A DNA stretch of 64,000 nt, from assembly GCA_965153285.1 (NCBI GenBank), contig OZ229117.1. One strand, 5' to 3'. A model generated the notes under the pieces. That model was not told the DNA's origin. It saw only the letters and a list, made by a program, of their open reading frames with translations, and searched no databases. The translations under genes and the position numbers were made by a program. Shown one piece after another: positions 58,873 through 64,000 of the stretch. Every line of letters starts with the position of its first letter. The first letter of the stretch is position 1. Source of the stretch: Podarcis tiliguerta (lineage: Eukaryota).

Positions 58873-61019
58873 AGTCAAGATCTGCACTATTTTGCTGGAC
58901 TTTCGGTGAGGGTGTTGCTTTTGAGGCTTGTGGTTACCTGTAAATTCTTTGGTTTTTTACTGGTATGTTTTCACTGTGAATGTTTTGGGTTTTTTCATAG
59001 TAATTTAATTGCTGTTTGTAATTTAGCTGTTAACAGCCTTGGGGGGCCTTGGGGCAGAGAGGTGGCCTATATACATATTAAATAATCAAACAAAGCAATA
59101 AGGGTCACATAAGCAGCAAGGTAAAGGAGTCACACAACCCACTCCCCATTAGGTCTTGGTGCAGATTCCTGTAGCTTGGTTGCAACGTGCCTAGAGTATA
59201 AATGCTGCATGGATTACACGATCCCTGTGCCTGGTGGCATCTGCTTGGTCTGAAGGGGTTGTGTCATCTGGAACAGTGTGGGGTCACATGACTCCCCATT
59301 GCAATCTGATTGGAGGACAAGCTGGGGTTAGTGTGGCCCTGTCATTGGTACATTATCTCGGCTTGTTCCACCCCTTGGCTCTGCTCTGTCCCCACTGTGG
59401 GAGGCAGTATGCCTCTAAATACCAGTTGGAGGGTGTGGCTGTTTTGCTCATGTCTTGCTTGTGGGCTTCCCATCAGGGCACCTAGTTTGCCATTGCAAGA
59501 ACAGGATGCTAGACTAAATCAGCCTTTGGAGGCTCTTCTTATGTTCTATTGCTAATAATTGTGTGTGTGTGTGTGGAGGACATCATTGCAATGCTGTCGT
59601 TTTAGACTGTGGATCCTGTTTCCTAGGACTATGGTGGCAGTAAAGAAGTAGGTTTGTTTTAAGGAAGAATAAATTTCTTCCTCTGTAGCTGGTAGGGGAT
59701 TGTTTTTTCCCCCTGGTGGAATTTTTATTTTATTTTTTAAAATGGTGCTTGCATGCAGCAGAATGAATGCTTTCAGCGATGAAAGCGTCAGGGCACGGAT
59801 TATAGAGTGTGCAGGGAAAGTTAGTAAATTTGGACCCATTTTATGGAGCCAATAAGTGTCAAGGCGATCAGTGCAGCAGAAGCAGCAGCAGGGGGAGCAA
59901 GAAAGGCCTCAAACAGAGAGGCTGGTGGACTTTTCGCTTCAGGGATGGTGGTGGTGGTATGCCTGTGTGCTGAGAGGATAATGCCCAGGTTTTGATAGCT
60001 TGGGAGGGAACGGAAGAGAGAATTGCTGATAAATCGCACCAGTGACCAAGTCCTAAAGGAGGCGATGATGGACTCCCAATTACGCTGCTAAAAGCCTTCC
60101 AGACATGTCGCCCTTCCAGATGACCTGTTTGTTCAGCATTCATCCTGATTTGCTTGCACAAAGCTTACGTGGTGGTTAGACCATGTCCAGCCTTTATTGA
60201 GCATTCATTCTGGTTTGTTTATGACAATGAGCATCCATCCTGATTTACAGTACTTGCACGGTGATTGCCCTTCTTTGGGTTACTGATTCGTCCATTCTGC
60301 ATTTTTCAATGCCTTTCTTTGCCACTTGCCGAACTTCAGTTGTTGTTTGTTTTTACGTTTTTGTGTGTGCTAAGGCAACAGAATGCTTTAATGCACTTCA
60401 ACTGCATGAACCTAAAGTTGTGGTGTGCTCTTGGATCCCTCTTACTGAATAGTAAGGGCCCGGAGGCAACCATAGTTGTAACTGGCTAGTAAGATGACCA
60501 TCAGTCTGTCAGTGGGGTGAGTCTGGAGAGGACACCAGTATGTTGCAAGGCACCATGGGAGGGGAGAATCATTTTGTGTGCAAGTGTCTGTGGCTGCCAT
60601 TCATGTCTATGGGATGATATAGGGGAGGCAGCCATCTTTCTTCACTTCCACAGAAGCTAATGAGGGATATTCTGAGAGGAGCAATGACAATTTCTGAAAA
60701 TTGCTAAAATGCTCCCCTCCCCCACTGCCTGCCAACAGGACCACATCAGGTAAACACAGGAAGCTGCCTGATACAGACTGGCATCAGCTATCCAGGGTTT
60801 CAGGCAGTGGACATTCTTGGCCCTTTCTGGAGATGCCAGAGACTGAACCTGCAAAGCAGATGCTCTACCACTGAGCTACGCCCCCTCCCCTTAATCAGAC
60901 CACTGGTCCAGCTAGCACAGTATTGTATACACTAATTGGCAGTGACCCTCCAGAACATCAGGCAGGGGTCTCTCCCAGTCACCTTTTGCATGCAAATAAT
61001 GTTCTTGGCCAGTTGAGAT

Positions 61020-61330
61020 TTTGGCAGTGGTTCAAATCCCCGTGACGGGGTGAGCTTCTGTTGCTCAGTCCCAGCTCCTGCCAACCTAACAGTTTGAAAG
61101 CACACCCAAAAGTGCAAGTAGATAAATAGGTACCACTCTGGTGGGAAGGTAAAAGGCATTTCCGTGTGCTGCTCTTGTTTTGCCAGAAGCGGCTTAGTCA
61201 TGCTGGCCACATGACCCGGAAAAACTGTCTGCGGACAAACGTTGGCTCCCTCGGCCAGTAAAGCGAGATGAGCGCCACAACCCCAGAGTTGTTTGCGACT
61301 GGACTTAACTGTCCTTTACCTTTACCTTTT
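61020..61330 (+). mobile_element. Sauria SINE, 5'-truncated
   Basis: ggttcaaatccccgtgacggggtgagct...gctggccacatgacccgga...tttacctttaccttt. Confidence 0.9.
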
Positions 61331-62519
61331 TTAGTTTCTTTTATTCAGGCTGCAGATGTGCCTCAAATGACCTCTGTTCATCAAGTGTCTTGTGTTGCAT
61401 TCCCTGTGCAGCTTCTTTAAGCCCAGGTGGGTGCAAGGAGGCCCATGCTATTGGTGGGCCTGATCCCTGGGAGCATTTCCACAGGGGCTGCCTGAACTCC
61501 AGCAGGAGCTGTGGTGGCAGCTCCTCTTTCCCCACGCTCCCTCTTTTCTGTCCAGGGAGATTATTGGTGATATTAAGGCCAATTAGCATGTTTGCTTTTT
61601 ATTCGTGGCCATTTGTTTTCCTGTGACACGAAGCATCTGCTGGGCCAATAACGGGACTGTCTGCGGGGCGGGGGAAGCAGCCTCCATCCAGCCCCCCCCC
61701 TCCTGCCTGGACATGAGCACAGGCCCTGTGTGGGCCGTCTGTGGCAGCACTCGCCCACTGCGACCAGATGGGAGGCTATCATCAGGAGTGGCAAATAGCC
61801 CTGCTTTGTGTAATTGACAGATTGTTATCAGCAATACTTGAGTTGTGCCTAATAATAATAAAAAGGAGAAGGGGGGAGAAGAAGGGAGGCGGAAACCTGG
61901 CAGCGCTTCTGATGGCTAAGCAGGGAAGAGCTTGGAAAGCCTCTTGTCACATCTGAAGGGCAAGGGAGTTAATTAGGGCTGGTGCTGCAGCCTGCGGGTG
62001 CAGCTTGATGGTGTTGCTATGTGCGGAAGCCCTCTCAACGTTTCCTTCTCTTTCCTGCAAAGAAAAGCCTCTTGACTTTTCAGGTAGGACAAGAGGGGGA
62101 GGTGACAAGCAGGAAACCCAAGAGATGGCATTTCATCAGTGCAGAATGGGGACTCTACAGTGCGACCACATCTTACGAGGATGTTCAGTTCCAAGAGTGC
62201 CATGTAGACACGAAAACATGTATTCCCCAACAATTCCTATGGATCTGCCCCCACACGAGTGGCCCTATCCTTCCAGAGCTGGCAGGCTGAGTGGGCCATG
62301 CCCCTCAAGCAAGGCAGAGAGCTTAAAAAGCCCTTTCTGCTCCAGGAAAACCTGGCCTTACCCGCATTTAACTTGCGAAATTTTGCCCAGCCACCCACCA
62401 AACTCCTATGGTTGAAACTGCGTTAAGTTAAATGCACATAAGATACAATCAGACTACATTTGCAAAACCTGTTGCCCATTTGGTGTGTACGGAATGGAAA
62501 ATCTGTCCCAACAATATAA

Positions 62520-62897
62520 ATCTCAGGTGTCAAGGGCCAGGGTAAAGGGTCTCCAGCATTTGCTCAGAACTGCCTCTCCCCATATAAACTGACCCGGATT
62601 CTGTGTTCATTATCTGAGACCCTTCTTCGTGTGCCTCCTCCACATGAGGTCCAGGGGGTGGCAACGTGAGAAAGGACCTTTTCTGCAATGGTTCCCCATC
62701 TGTGGAATGCACAAATATATTTTTAGACGCCAGGCAAAAAATGTTCTTCTTCAACCCAGGCCTTTGGCTGATTAATAGTCTACAGCTGTTGAAAAGTGTT
62801 TGTGGATTATTGTTTTGTTGTTTCTGTTTTAACTATTGACTTGTATTTTTATCTTGTGAACCGCCCTGAGATCTGTGGATAAAGGGCAGTATATAAA
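62520..62897 (+). mobile_element. L2 LINE 3' fragment
   Basis: Degenerate ORF2 end and tail tgtgaaccgccctgagatctgtggataaagggcagtatataaat. Confidence 0.7.
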
Positions 62898-63087
62898 TCT
62901 CTCTCCCCCCAAAAAGCTGTATAATCAAGGTGCCAGACACACCTTTGTGGGGAGTTCCAATGTGTGTGTGTGTGGCTCATGCACCCCCTCATCAGGTGCT
63001 GTGGTAAGGTGGGTGGGGTGTTGGTCGTCTTGGGGGATGACTTTGGCTCAGTCTTGGGGCTGCCCCTACACTGTTGCCTATTATAGC

Positions 63088-63215
63088 CAGTGCTATTTTC
63101 TAGAAAAAGAGGTGCCGGAACTCACCACAAACACCTCCTTTGTTCTCTTATAAAGGCACCCACCTGAGAGGTATCGGAACTGAGTTCCAGTGAGTTCCAG
63201 CTGGAAAAAGCCCTG
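63088..63215. mobile_element. hAT MITE (128 bp)
   Basis: TIRs cagtgctattttc / ggaaaaagccctg; 8-bp flanks attatagc / attgtaac (6 of 8 match). Confidence 0.7.
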
Positions 63216-64000
63216 ATTGTAACCATATATAATTCTTTCTTTGTCCCCATTCCTCTGCTAGGGGAGGTTTCCAGGGTCCTGAACCTCTGGTTGCAGTAAA
63301 AGCCCAGCCTGCTGTTGCTTTTTACATCACTGCACATTCTCTCACACTGGCATTGCCTGGGCCGATTTTAAATAAGCCCTCTCCTGCCGTCCTTTGCTGC
63401 TTCCCTTGGGAGTCTCACTCTCCTGCCTAATAGAATTTTCACCCTCCCCGATAACCCCCTTTCCGCTCTATTCCTGGCTCCTTTCGCCTTCATTGCTGCC
63501 CATTTTTTCTTCTGTCGATCACAGATGACACAATCTGGCCCCCATTACTGCAGCAGATGAGCATCACGTTGCCTTTCCTGTATTTATTGTTACTGGAAAC
63601 CCCAAGAAAGCCAGGGCAGTGTCATTCTATTACAGTCTATCTAAAAGGGAACAGCAAATGAGGACCCAAATGCACCAACAGAGCACTTAAAAAGCAAATA
63701 CAAGGTCCTCTTCTCAGCTCTACTGAGATTTTGTATCTAGAGTGTTGGTGTAGAGAGATGGCAGCATTGCCTTTGCTTAGCAGAGGCAGGACCAAGGCTG
63801 GGCAGTGAAAGTTGGATCCCCTCTTTGACCAAAGAGCTTTGACTCTGGGGAACGTTGAATGTGATTTATTTCTTGTTGTGCTATAGCGAGTGGCTTGGGG
63901 CTGTATTTGAAAATAACTGAGCTACTTTGTAAATGAGTTTGCAGTTCTGAGTCTTGGTGAGAATAATGCCCCCAATTTTTTGGCTTCATTTTCAGGCCAT

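Noticed and set aside
1-64000. CRISPR arrays, operons, rRNA or other prokaryote-type systems
   Set aside because: The sequence is vertebrate intronic or intergenic DNA; no regularly spaced repeat-spacer array or gene cluster is present.

Overview
Vertebrate genomic DNA from a squamate reptile, probably a lacertid lizard (inferred from the Sauria SINE, BovB, CR1, L2 and hAT/Tc1 MITE repertoire). The window holds the 5' end of ADGRB2 (BAI2, an adhesion GPCR) on the + strand. This comprises a CpG-island promoter, a probable non-coding first exon (about 5.6-6.28 kb, donor CAG|GTAAGG), about 45 kb of 5' intron(s) with several candidate UTR exons and CNE-like blocks, and the large N-terminal coding exon 51107-51908 (ATG at 51122). 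No later ADGRB2 exon was recognised before 64000. The rest is intronic or intergenic and rich in TEs, and almost all ORFs in the track are spurious or TE-derived. I found no convincing new multi-gene system. The best leads are regulatory or structural: a two-codon uORF abutting the ADGRB2 start plus stacked uORFs in exon 1; a perfect 64-bp-arm hairpin about 730 bp after the coding exon; a non-canonical RE1/REST site; a strong CTCF motif; inverted Sauria SINEs flanking the coding exon; and several cleanly TSD-bounded nested insertions. TE boundaries are approximate unless a TSD or TIR is cited.
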